Below, one piece after another: positions 1 to 9,000 of a stretch of 64,000 nucleotides of DNA. Position 1 is the stretch's first letter. Each line of letters starts with the position of its first letter. Source of the stretch: Planctomycetia bacterium (GTDB lineage: Bacteria > Planctomycetota > Planctomycetia > Pirellulales > JACPPG01); NCBI GenBank assembly GCA_016191115.1, contig JACPPG010000055.1, positions 25,018-89,017 of the forward strand. The letters are read 5' to 3'. A model generated the notes under the pieces. The model was not told where the DNA came from. It searched no databases and saw only the letters and a list, made by a program, of their open reading frames with translations. The position numbers were made by a program, and so were the translations under genes.

Positions 1-58
1 CCGCAGTGCGAGAGGCGGCGTTGCAGACGGCGGATTCGGTCGAAACGGGGCGGGGGCA

Positions 59-271
59 TCACTCATGCGCCACCCCTTGCCGCGTGTTGCGGCGTCCCCG
101 CATGCGTACCCGCACGCCAAGCTCGTCCAACTCGTCTCTTGCACGGGCCGCTTCTGCAAAATCGTTCGTGACCCAGGCGTGAATCAGCACAGAGAAGAGC
201 GCAACGATTCGCGCCGCGTGATCCCGGTCGGGATCGGAGAGTCTCGCGGTCATATCCGCTCCTTTCGTCAA
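59..271 (-). CDS. hypothetical small helical protein
   Basis: 70-aa ORF (MTKGADMTARLSDPDRDHAARIVALFSVLIHAW...) with no recognisable motif. It shares a strand with the following ORFan genes and may be spurious in GC-rich DNA. Confidence 0.25.
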   Translation of the reverse strand: MTKGADMTARLSDPDRDHAARIVALFSVLIHAWVTNDFAEAARARDELDELGVRVRMRGRRNTRQGVAHE

Positions 272-380
272 AGAAGACGAAGGACAGGCCGCGTTGCGTG
301 AGCGTTGCGTTGCGTAGCGTAGAAATGCCCGCTTTTCCCGTGTCGGACGCGAATCAGCGTTGCGTTGCGGGTTGCGTTTC

Positions 381-1832
381 TTAGGTCTGGCAATCTTGAC
401 AGACCGGAGCCGTGCCGACCTTGTCGGGCGTCACTTTCATTGGCTCGCCGCATTCCGCGCAGTATTCCCGCACGTACTTTGACCCCGGAATCGGATGCCC
501 ACGATCCGATTGATCGTCGCCCGCATCCGGCGGGGCGACCGCATCAACATCCCGCGAACCGGAGTCGGCACTGACTGTGACGTGCCCTCGCGGCAAATCA
601 GTTTTGTTGCCGCGGGCGAACGCTGCTGCGGTTTGGTACTCCCGGCTTCGCGATAATCGGGACTTGTGTTTACCGACACGGCGGGCGATTTCGGCGTCTG
701 GCCAATCGGGGTGCTCCCGGACAAGGATCATGGCTTCAGCCAACCACTTAGCTTTCGTCGCGTTCTTGGCTTCCCCGGACGTGCCAGGCCGGTCATTGGC
801 GCCCTGGACCGTCGCGCCCTGGACCGTCACGTCAGGCGCCGTCGCGCCCGCGGACTGTCGTGCCTGACCCGCCAGCCAATCACACACAGCCGCGTATTGC
901 TCCGATCGCCGCCGCCATTCGTCGGGATCGGTGGCACCGATTGCCCCTTCGTTTTGCCATCGGAGAGCATGGGGGTTCAGAGGGGCGTCAGGGCTCTCGG
1001 CAACGGCCGATACGATGAGTGCCCATGTTCTCGCCCACTGGCCCTCGGCATCAGCCGTATTCATGGTTTCGGCTGGCCAAGGCAAATCGGCGTCGATCCG
1101 TAGACGACCACTATCGACCGCACGCTTGAACGCGCGGGCCGCCTCGATGCACGTATCGCGGAGCAGCAACGGGGAATCGGCCCGTCGGAACCGTGCTGCG
1201 AGCGACATGAACTCGTGTCTTGTGGGATTCTCGGCAGGCGTGCGGCTGTGCTGGCCTCCACCGCGATTGGCGTCCGGCTCGGTACGCCGCGATCGAATGC
1301 CTTCGGCGATTTGCCCCTCGCGTGCGATCAATGCGATGAACTGCTGCCCATCGAACCGATCGAGCTTTCGCAGACGCATCTGAACCAACTCTTTCCAGTT
1401 CGAGACACGCCCATAGGGAGGCAACCGCACGTGAGTTTTACCGATGGCGGGATTGAACCCGACCAGCGAAGTCGATCCCACCGCTTCGCCAATCTCGTGG
1501 AGAATCCGCTCGGCAACTCGCCACGCAAGCGCGTGATAGCTCGCGGCGCTCAGGCCCATCATGGATTTGATATTCGCGGGCATCGCCTCCGCGAATTCCC
1601 GGACGGCATCCGGCGTATCCTTCTGACCGGCGTATGATTGACATAGCACCTCGATCAAGAACGCCGGGTCGGATGGCGAGTGCTCAGGCGACATAGGGTC
1701 GGGCAGACCGTGCGCCCAGTCGATGAGCTTGGCCGCGTAACCCGCAATGTCTTGTGCCGCGCGGCTGAGGTCTGAAATGTCCGCGTCGCCAGTTCGATCC
1801 AGAAGATCGGCCGGCGGGGAAGAATCCGCCAT
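381..1832 (-). CDS. hypothetical protein with HTH-like segment and C-terminal CxxC..CxxC zinc ribbon
   Basis: Long ORF. Start chosen at the internal ATG (MADSSPPADLL, 1832); the track ORF extends to 1937. The C-terminus reads ...YCAECGEPMKVTPDKVGTAPVCQDCQT (four-Cys ribbon), preceded by WLAEAMILVREHPDWPDAEIARRVGKHKSRLSRS (HTH-like). Contains a perfect 15-nt tandem duplication at 799-828 (GATVQ GATVQ). Confidence 0.5.
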   Translation of the reverse strand: MADSSPPADLLDRTGDADISDLSRAAQDIAGYAAKLIDWAHGLPDPMSPEHSPSDPAFLIEVLCQSYAGQKDTPDAVREFAEAMPANIKSMMGLSAASYHALAWRVAERILHEIGEAVGSTSLVGFNPAIGKTHVRLPPYGRVSNWKELVQMRLRKLDRFDGQQFIALIAREGQIAEGIRSRRTEPDANRGGGQHSRTPAENPTRHEFMSLAARFRRADSPLLLRDTCIEAARAFKRAVDSGRLRIDADLPWPAETMNTADAEGQWARTWALIVSAVAESPDAPLNPHALRWQNEGAIGATDPDEWRRRSEQYAAVCDWLAGQARQSAGATAPDVTVQGATVQGANDRPGTSGEAKNATKAKWLAEAMILVREHPDWPDAEIARRVGKHKSRLSRSREYQTAAAFARGNKTDLPRGHVTVSADSGSRDVDAVAPPDAGDDQSDRGHPIPGSKYVREYCAECGEPMKVTPDKVGTAPVCQDCQT

Positions 1833-1960
1833 GAAAGGGCTCCATTTGGATCGGGCCAGCCCAGGCGCGCGGCGGCCAAATGGAGAAACCGGACCGCGCC
1901 CCAGGGCTGCGTGGCGGCCGGTTTGCAACCCGGCCATGCCGTCCCGGTGCTCGTACTTTA

Positions 1961-2479
1961 TCAGCTTTTGGCCATGCGCGCGGCAAGTAGCTTTGCAATG
2001 GCCGGGTCAAACCCAAGTCCGCTCCCCAGGGTGCCAAGCAGTCGCTCTGCCTGATGCGCCTCTTGGCAACTTCGATAGGTCAAGCCGTGGCACGTCCGGC
2101 AGCCGAAGTACCGCGCGCCGGGTGGCAGATAGACCTTGCCGACGCGCCGGTTGCAGGGGAAACCGCCCACGATCAACGGACAAGTGAACCACCACCGCTC
2201 GCCATTGAAATTCGTTGCGGTAGTCTGTAGGCGTATCGGGACCCGGACATCCTCTTGGTCGCGCCAGCGGTAGTGCAGCGTGAGGATCGGCCAGCCGGCA
2301 GGCCCCTCGACCACGTAGCCCGCAGAAGACTGGCGGCCGCCTGCCCACGTCCAGGTGATGATGCCCGAAGCCCCTGGAAACAATCGGCCGCGGAATTCGC
2401 CGACCGCCACGGCCGCCGATTCCTCGACGGTCGACTTGCTGTCGTACCGATGCCAGTCGCCGCTACCGATCCCGCCCAT
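1961..2479 (-). CDS. conserved-looking hypothetical Cys-rich protein
   Basis: 172-aa ORF whose composition looks like a real protein. Cys motifs WWFTCP...FPCNRRVGKVY...FGCRTCHGLTY suggest a zinc-ribbon fold. No function recognised. Confidence 0.55.
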   Translation of the reverse strand: MGGIGSGDWHRYDSKSTVEESAAVAVGEFRGRLFPGASGIITWTWAGGRQSSAGYVVEGPAGWPILTLHYRWRDQEDVRVPIRLQTTATNFNGERWWFTCPLIVGGFPCNRRVGKVYLPPGARYFGCRTCHGLTYRSCQEAHQAERLLGTLGSGLGFDPAIAKLLAARMAKS

Positions 2480-2877
2480 TACTGCCCCCGAGCCCCCCTG
2501 GGGTTATTGCCAAAATCAATTGGGAATGTTCGGTGGGGGCAAGCGCAGCCCCACAGAATTTGCGGCCCCGGCGCAAAGGCCCCACCAGCCTCCCAGGCGT
2601 TTCGGGACGTTCTGGCATCCGACGGCCCCACTGCCCACTATGCCGTGATTCTACCACAAGGGCGCCAACTCCGTCTGCCGCGTCGCTCGCAGGTTGCGGA
2701 CGGCCAAAGTGGACGGACCGCGCCTCCCACAGCAACGTAGGCCACAATCCGTCAAATTCTGGTTGCGACGGATTGCGATTCGCTGCGAATACGCGCGTGG
2801 ACGCATAGGCGCGGGCAACGTAAAGGCTGGCTACGACACTCTGGGCGTGACGGGCGTAAGGCGCCGTCCTGCATGCC

Positions 2878-3603
2878 TCATCGCGGCCGTTGGTAGGCGA
2901 TCTCGCGGAGCAGCTCTCGCTGCTCGCGGACATCCTCTGCTACGTCAATGGCGAGCTGGATGAGTTCGGCAATAGCAAAGCAGGATACGGCCCACGCCGC
3001 TCCAAAGAACAGCCCTATTCCGACTAGCTGCGCATCGGGTCTGCGCCCTTCGAGCAACGGATACGCCACAAATACAAGTAACGTCACAATGACCACCAGC
3101 GTCGCCGATATGCGGAAAATTGAAGCAACGATGTGCAGCGCGCGAAACCGTGGGCTTCGCTGTCGCGCGACGGTGGCGACGCGGCTGGCGTCACTCGTAT
3201 CGGCTGTCGATTTATTTGAGACAGGGCCTTCATGGGCTTGGCCGACTGCTACTGGCGCTGGCCCACGGTTCGTGCGATCGCGTTCGCTTCCAGGCAATGG
3301 CGGTGGTAGGGACGGCTTGCCGTCCAGGGCCGGCGCGACCGCCATGACCGCCGATCGTTTGGCGTCGTTGACCTGCGGTTTGGCCGGCACGACCGCTGCC
3401 GATATCTCGTGGGCTGCGATCGGCTGAGTAGCCTTGACGACTAAACCCTGCACCTGCGACGCGCTGACCCATTTGCCTTCGGCGCTCCTGCGGATCAACG
3501 TGTCCGGGCCGATGGTCCCCCTCTCAGCTTTTGCCTTGAGTTCGGCAGCCGACACCGGTCCGACCATTTCGCCCATGACTTGGAAATACCACTCGCTGGC
3601 CAT
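2878..3603 (-). CDS. GYF_2 (DUF4339)-type domain membrane protein
   Basis: The N-terminus WYFQVMGEMVGPVSAAELKAKAERGTIGPDTLIRRSAEGKWVSASQVQGL matches the GYF_2 pattern (W-Y/F..x..GP.s..eL......G.i..dtlvw..g...W..a..v..L). The C-terminal part has two hydrophobic helices (ATLVVIVTLLVFVAYPLL, GIGLFFGAAWAVSCFAIAELI). Confidence 0.7.
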   Translation of the reverse strand: MASEWYFQVMGEMVGPVSAAELKAKAERGTIGPDTLIRRSAEGKWVSASQVQGLVVKATQPIAAHEISAAVVPAKPQVNDAKRSAVMAVAPALDGKPSLPPPLPGSERDRTNRGPAPVAVGQAHEGPVSNKSTADTSDASRVATVARQRSPRFRALHIVASIFRISATLVVIVTLLVFVAYPLLEGRRPDAQLVGIGLFFGAAWAVSCFAIAELIQLAIDVAEDVREQRELLREIAYQRPR

Positions 3604-3762
3604 TGGTCTCGCCCTCCACAGCTTGCCGTGCGGATTGCAGCACTACGAGTATCGACAGCGGTAAGCGCGATATCAAGCAACCCCTATCGCGTGCCACGCC
3701 GGGCGCCGCACGATTGTTTTGACTGCCGGCTTGTTGTAGGATCGCACGCAAACGCGGTCACG

Positions 3763-4473
3763 ATGGCCAACCCTGCGACGGTCTCTCTCCGTTTTGACAG
3801 AATGTGCATCCGCCTTCGTACTTGCGCCGCGACCGGTTTTGTCCTGATGACGCTCTCGCTCTCTGGTTGCTCGGGCTGCACGCAGAAGTCCGATCCGCGG
3901 ACTCCTGAGCCAGAGCCGCGGCCCAGCGCCTCGACCACCGCTGAGCCCGTTGAGAAGCCAATCGAGCAACCGAAGGGGCAGGATGAAGCAGTCGCCCAGG
4001 ATACCAGCGGATCACCGCCAGGCGATTCCAGCGACGCGGCCCAGCAGGACGACGCGGGTGAGGCAGGAAGCGCGACCGAAGAGAGCGGTAATGCTCGGCC
4101 TGCGCGATCGACCGAATCCGGCAAATCGTCGGGGGTGGCGTCGATTCCAGTCGATGCCAATGACAATTCGGGGGGTGGCGGTGAGCCCGCAACCGGCAAG
4201 TCCCCACCGGGCGGCCCGAAAGACGCTGCGACAGCGCGCCGGCAGGCGACAAAGGCGCTTGACCGTGCCGAGAAGGCAGCAGGCTCCGGAGATTTCGGTC
4301 GTGCGTTTCAGGAAAGTGTCACAGCCTGGCGAAGTGTTTTGCCCTTTCGTGCTGACCCCCAGTGCAAGTCGCTCGCCTCTTCAGCCGAGCAGAAGATGAA
4401 ACAATATGCGGAAGCTGCAAATTCTGCGGTTCCCGAAACGCCGAGCAGCGCCAAGCCGCTCTCGGTGAAATGA
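3763..4473 (+). CDS. putative lipoprotein, low-complexity acidic/Pro-rich with helical C-terminus
   Basis: Internal ATG at 3763 (alternative at 3802). Signal peptide plus lipobox FVLMTLSLSGC, then a Pro/Glu/Ser/Asp-rich linker and a helical C-terminal segment. The upstream part of the track ORF (from 3580) overlaps the start of the minus-strand gene. Confidence 0.5.
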   Translation: MANPATVSLRFDRMCIRLRTCAATGFVLMTLSLSGCSGCTQKSDPRTPEPEPRPSASTTAEPVEKPIEQPKGQDEAVAQDTSGSPPGDSSDAAQQDDAGEAGSATEESGNARPARSTESGKSSGVASIPVDANDNSGGGGEPATGKSPPGGPKDAATARRQATKALDRAEKAAGSGDFGRAFQESVTAWRSVLPFRADPQCKSLASSAEQKMKQYAEAANSAVPETPSSAKPLSVK

Positions 4474-4543
4474 CGCCGTCTTTTTCCGCTGGGATTCCCC
4501 GAAAAGTCGCCGCTATGTGGGGCTGCCCCGTGCGGCAAAATGC

Positions 4544-4571
4544 TTGAACCGCGCCCTCAAGCAAGTAGGAT
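4544..4571 (+). promoter_or_regulatory. candidate sigma70-like promoter for the GTPase operon
   Basis: TTGAAC (4544-4549), 16 nt, TAGGAT (4566-4571) in the 218-bp gap upstream of the operon. Weak match to consensus. Confidence 0.2.
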
Positions 4572-4598
4572 AGAGGGGCTCTTTTCCACCTTATCCAT

Positions 4599-4618
4599 CT
4601 GTATTGTCCTGTATTGTC
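4599..4618 (+). repeat. perfect tandem 10-bp direct repeat CTGTATTGTC x2, possible operator
   Basis: CTGTATTGTC at 4599-4608 and again at 4609-4618, read directly. It lies between the candidate promoter and the first ATG (4692) of the operon. Confidence 0.9.
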
Positions 4619-4691
4619 AGGCGGGCTCATTCAGATCGCGGGACGCAGCGATGCGATAGTGGACGACGCGGGCCGACTCCCAACGGAGAGC

Positions 4692-6065
4692 ATGATGGGC
4701 CAGGGGATGAATCGCTCTTCGATTCCCATTCAGTTGCGCGTCACGTGCCCGCATTGCTGGAGCCGCTTTGCGGCCGAAGACGCGCTATGGATTTCGCAGC
4801 ATCCGGACCTTGTTGGCGATCCGCGTCTTGGGACCGATCAGCAGCAGCGATTCCTTCCCACACGCTTCACCGTCGAAGGTGCAGCGATCGACTCCCGCGG
4901 GTTTGCCTGCCACGGATTGGCCTGTCCCAAGTGTCACCTGACCGTGCCTCGGGCGCTCTTCGAGATGGAGCCTCTCTTCATCTCGATTCTGGGCGCGCCC
5001 TCGTGCGGCAAGTCGTACTTTCTTGCCGCCATGTCGTGGCAGCTCCGCAAGACGCTCCCACACTCGTTCTGTATGGCCTTCAGCGACGCCGACCCGGCCA
5101 TGAACCATTACCTCAACGAGTACGAAGAGATTCAGTTCCTCAACCCGAATCAGGACCAGCTCGTCGCCATACGCAAGACCGAAGAGCAAGGCGACCTGTA
5201 CGACACCGTTTTGTACGGCGAGCAGGCGATCCGCTTCCCGCGCCCGTTCATCTTCGCGCTCCGTCCGTTGGAAGGTCACGTGAATTACGGTTCGTCAGCG
5301 CGAATCTCCAAGGGACTCGCGCTCTACGACAATGCGGGCGAAAGCTTCCTGCCGGGCAGCGACACCGCGGCCAGCCCTGTCACGCGACACCTGGCCCTCT
5401 CCCGTGCGCTGATGTTCCTGTTCGATCCGACGCAGGACCGCAGGTTCCGCGAAGCGTGCCGTGGCAAGACAGACGACCCGCAAATGCAGGAGCGATCCGC
5501 CCGGCTTGACCGCGAGCGGCCCGTTCGCCAGGACACGATTCTGCTGGAGGCAGCCGATCGCGTTCGCCGCTATGCCGGGCTGGCCCAAGCGGCCAAGCAC
5601 TCGCGACCCTTGATCGTTGTGGTGACCAAATACGACTGCTGGGCGTCGCTATTGGACAATGAACCGCTCGACGATCCGTGGGTACAAGGCAAACGCCGAC
5701 CCTCATGTGCTCTGGACAAGGAAGTGATTCAGGAGCGATCGCAAAAGCTTCGCAAAGTGCTCTGGCAACTGACGCCCGAAATCGTCGCCGCGGCCGAGGG
5801 GTTTGCTCAGCAGGTGATCTACATCCCAGTCAGCGCCATCGGACGCAGCCCCGAGAGCGACCCGCAAACCGGCGCGCTCGGTATCCGGCCGCGCGACATT
5901 CATCCCCGCTGGGCCGAAGTGCCGCTTCTGTACTTCCTGGCTCATTGGTGTGAGGGAATGATCCCCTACCGCAAGCCGAAGACGCACCGCATTGGGCCTG
6001 ACGATGACAACGACACGGGCACGGTGCCCTTCGGTGCGGCACGGAATCGCCGAGAGACGGCGTGA
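4692..6065 (+). CDS. zinc-ribbon + P-loop GTPase (TRAFAC-like), operon gene A
   Basis: CPHC (4746-4757) and CPKC (4923-4934) form a ribbon. G1/Walker A is GAPSCGKS (4992-5015), G3 is DNAG in LYDNAGE (5328-5339), G4 is TKYD in VVVTKYD (5625-5636), and there is a G5-like PVSAIG. No TM segment. Start is uncertain: TTG 4614, or ATG 4692/4695/4707. Confidence 0.8.
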   Translation: MMGQGMNRSSIPIQLRVTCPHCWSRFAAEDALWISQHPDLVGDPRLGTDQQQRFLPTRFTVEGAAIDSRGFACHGLACPKCHLTVPRALFEMEPLFISILGAPSCGKSYFLAAMSWQLRKTLPHSFCMAFSDADPAMNHYLNEYEEIQFLNPNQDQLVAIRKTEEQGDLYDTVLYGEQAIRFPRPFIFALRPLEGHVNYGSSARISKGLALYDNAGESFLPGSDTAASPVTRHLALSRALMFLFDPTQDRRFREACRGKTDDPQMQERSARLDRERPVRQDTILLEAADRVRRYAGLAQAAKHSRPLIVVVTKYDCWASLLDNEPLDDPWVQGKRRPSCALDKEVIQERSQKLRKVLWQLTPEIVAAAEGFAQQVIYIPVSAIGRSPESDPQTGALGIRPRDIHPRWAEVPLLYFLAHWCEGMIPYRKPKTHRIGPDDDNDTGTVPFGAARNRRETA

Positions 6066-9000
6066 CGATGATCCAGGAAATCTACTACACGTCCGCCCCC
6101 CGCGGTCTAAAGGCTGGCAGCCGAGGGTTCTGCACGGTCGTCAGCACGGCGGGCATGGCCAAGAACCTGGCCGACCGGCTGGAATCGCTTAGCGGATACC
6201 GTCACCTCTTCGGCCCGCAGGACCCGCAGGCGCCGCTGAATCCGGTCGTCTACTCGCACCTGCGGCTGGCAGTGGGAGGACGGCAGTACCACGTCCTCTC
6301 GCGCATCTGCGACGCGGGGCTCGACTATACGCAGCGGACCAACAAGTTTGCTCACCATGTCGTCCTAGATACTGCTGATCTGCCGGCCGGAGGTCCCGCG
6401 TGGCTCTTGTCCTTGCCCGGCTTCGTGCAGGCGACGTGGGACGGCGAGACCCGCACGCTGCCGGGCGGCCGGCGTCCGCCGTCGGGCGACGCACAGGCCG
6501 GAGTGTGCCGCGCTTGGCAACAATTGACCGGCGATGCCGGGTGGGGAGGGGCGCTTGCGGAAACAGCGCTGCCTGGATCGAACCGTCGGGCGGTCGTGGT
6601 CTTCGCACCAGGCATGGACATGTTGCAGTTGGTTGCCGAGGCCCTCGCCCTTCTATCGCCGGAGCAGCGCTGGGAGGTCACGTTCTCCACATATTTCACG
6701 AAGCTGCCGCCGGGCATCGATTGCAAATGGCGGTTCGTGGTCGAAGGTTCGCCGGAGGCCGCTGCCGCCCGGCCGACGCCACAAACGCTGGTCATCAACC
6801 TCTGCTCCAAGCAATCCGCCCCAGCGGCTAGCGCGCTAGCGGTGGCGGCCAGAACGGGCGTTGCACCGAAGTTGTCGGCCGCTCCGGTTTCCGGGTTTCC
6901 CGGCGACGAGCATCCAATGCCTGCCGAGCTTGGCGGCGATACCATCGACGAAGCCGATGAACTCGGGCTTGCGCTACGGCCAGGCGAGAGCCGTAGCGTT
7001 CGTGCACCGGCTGCGGCCAATGTCGGATCGGCGGGCAGTCGCGGGTATGACGTGGGACCCCCGCCGCTGCCGGGCGTGCAACTGGATCGGCTTGGCGCGC
7101 CAACTTCGCGACGCCGATTCGAGAAAAAAAGACCGTGGGGCCTCATTACCGCAGTCGTTGCCCTCTTCGCGGCGGTGGCTGGTGCCGGAATCACGGGTGC
7201 CGTGCTCCTCAGCAAAGGGGCACCTGAGCTTACGAGAAGCAATGAACAGGCCACTCCGGCATCCGCCGGACGTGGAACGCCGAAGGGCGCAGACGTTACG
7301 GACATTGTTCTCACGATTACACCGGTCGCAACACCGATTAACGCTGCCAACGCGATCGGCGCGTCGGCAAGCGGCACAGCCGAGCCTGGCGCCAGCGTCA
7401 GTGTCACGTGCACCGACGACGCAAATCAAAAGACCGACCCCTGCGTCGCGACGGCCGACTCATCTGGCAAATGGACCGCAACCGCTATCGATCTAAGGAG
7501 CCTCAAGGACGGTATGATCACTTTCACCGCTGCTGCTAAAAATGCAGCCGGAAACACTGCTCAGACTAGCGCGACCGCGACCAAGGACGCCGCAGCCCCG
7601 ACAATCTCCATCGCGCCGCTCGCACATCCGATCAATAGGGAGAATGCCGCAAGTGTGTCAGTAAGCGGCACGGCCGAGGCAAACGCAAGTATTTCGTTGA
7701 TAGCCACCGACACCGCAAGTCACAAGAGCGGGCCAAGCACTACTATGGTGGACTCGTCGGGCAAGTGGCACGTGGCCAACGTTAATCTGAACAGTCTCGA
7801 CGACGGGAAGATCACCTTCATGGCTACGGCCGCCGATGCCGCTGGAAACAAGAAGGCGGACAGCATTGAAGCGACCAAGGACACCACACTCCCAACCGTC
7901 GAGATCGCCACGGTTACAACAATCATCAGCGCAGCAAATGCCAAGAACGCGGCCGCTTCCGGCACAACGGAGCCGGGCGCAAGCATCACGATCGTGGCCA
8001 GTGACAGCGAAAATGCACAAAGCCCAATGCGCACGGCGACCGTCGACTCAGGCAACTGGTCAGTGGATGGCATCGACGTGAGCAGTCTCGCCGATGGCGA
8101 AATCAGTTTCGCGGCTACGGCCACAGATAGTGCCGGAAACCATGCCACCGCGACGCGCGCGGTTAAAAAGGCGGGCAATCCGTTCGTTGGTCTACCCGAT
8201 GCTCTTCCGATTCCTCCTTTCGCGAGCAAGAATGACTGTCAAATCCACAACGTCATGGTCTCAGAGAGTCAATTGTCATTGACCATTGATGGTCAAGGGA
8301 TCGTTCAAGATCGGCTAAGCATCTATTGCAAGCGCGACTCACACACAGAGCGCCCGACATGGGGTGTGTACTTTTCTGGGAAAGAAGGAAATGTGGGCGT
8401 GCTTGGTGATGACCCAACCAGAATTGCTCGTTTTGTATTAGACGCAGGAACGCTGAGCTTCTCTTGGGACGCCCGCGTCACGCCCGAGTTCGATTTGCGG
8501 AATTGCGTTCTGATTCTGAGCAGCGAGGGGAACACCTATCCCCTACAACTTCGGTCGGCGGAGTCAAGGTCGGCGCTTTCTGTCCAAAATCTGAAGGATG
8601 ACAACGTCGCTGCGGAAATTGCGCTCGATTCCATGCCGCCCTTTCAGCGGCTAAGGATTCGAGTCAATGGCGTTCGATCGAATGCCAGTGAGCCACTTCA
8701 GGGGCAGACGAAGTCGACAGCGCGGCCGGATCGGGCCGCGGTGGTGGTTCGTTACTCGCTGCAAGACGTACTACAGACGGTTGACGGTATTCGTGCCGCT
8801 CCTCCACCGAAGGAACTGAGACCGCAGACACGCGACGCTTTTGCAGATCGGCTCATGGATGAAATCCGCAAATCCTTCGCCGAGTATGAGCAGTCGGTTG
8901 TGCTGCTCCTGGAACTAGGGCAGGCAAAGAACCGACCGTCGGTTGTTCAGGTGAGGATGCGTTTTGGCAAGGTCACGGGTCGGGCTGTCGATGCCATTTC

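Noticed and set aside
4614-4691. TTG start at 4614 for the GTPase gene (track ORF start)
   Set aside because: The TTG lies inside the tandem CTGTATTGTC repeat, and the first 26 codons add no recognisable sequence. ATG 4692/4695 was preferred, but the true start is unresolved.
6352-7413. 353-aa minus-strand ORF, plus several 90-200-aa ORFs, antisense to operon gene B
   Set aside because: Composition is Ala/Arg/Pro/Gly/Ser-dominated with no motifs, typical of shadow frames in GC-rich DNA. The plus-strand frame has clear domain structure.
7316-8182. Ig-like repeats as a diversity-generating retroelement target
   Set aside because: No reverse transcriptase gene was seen in the window. No template-repeat copy with adenine-specific differences was seen either.
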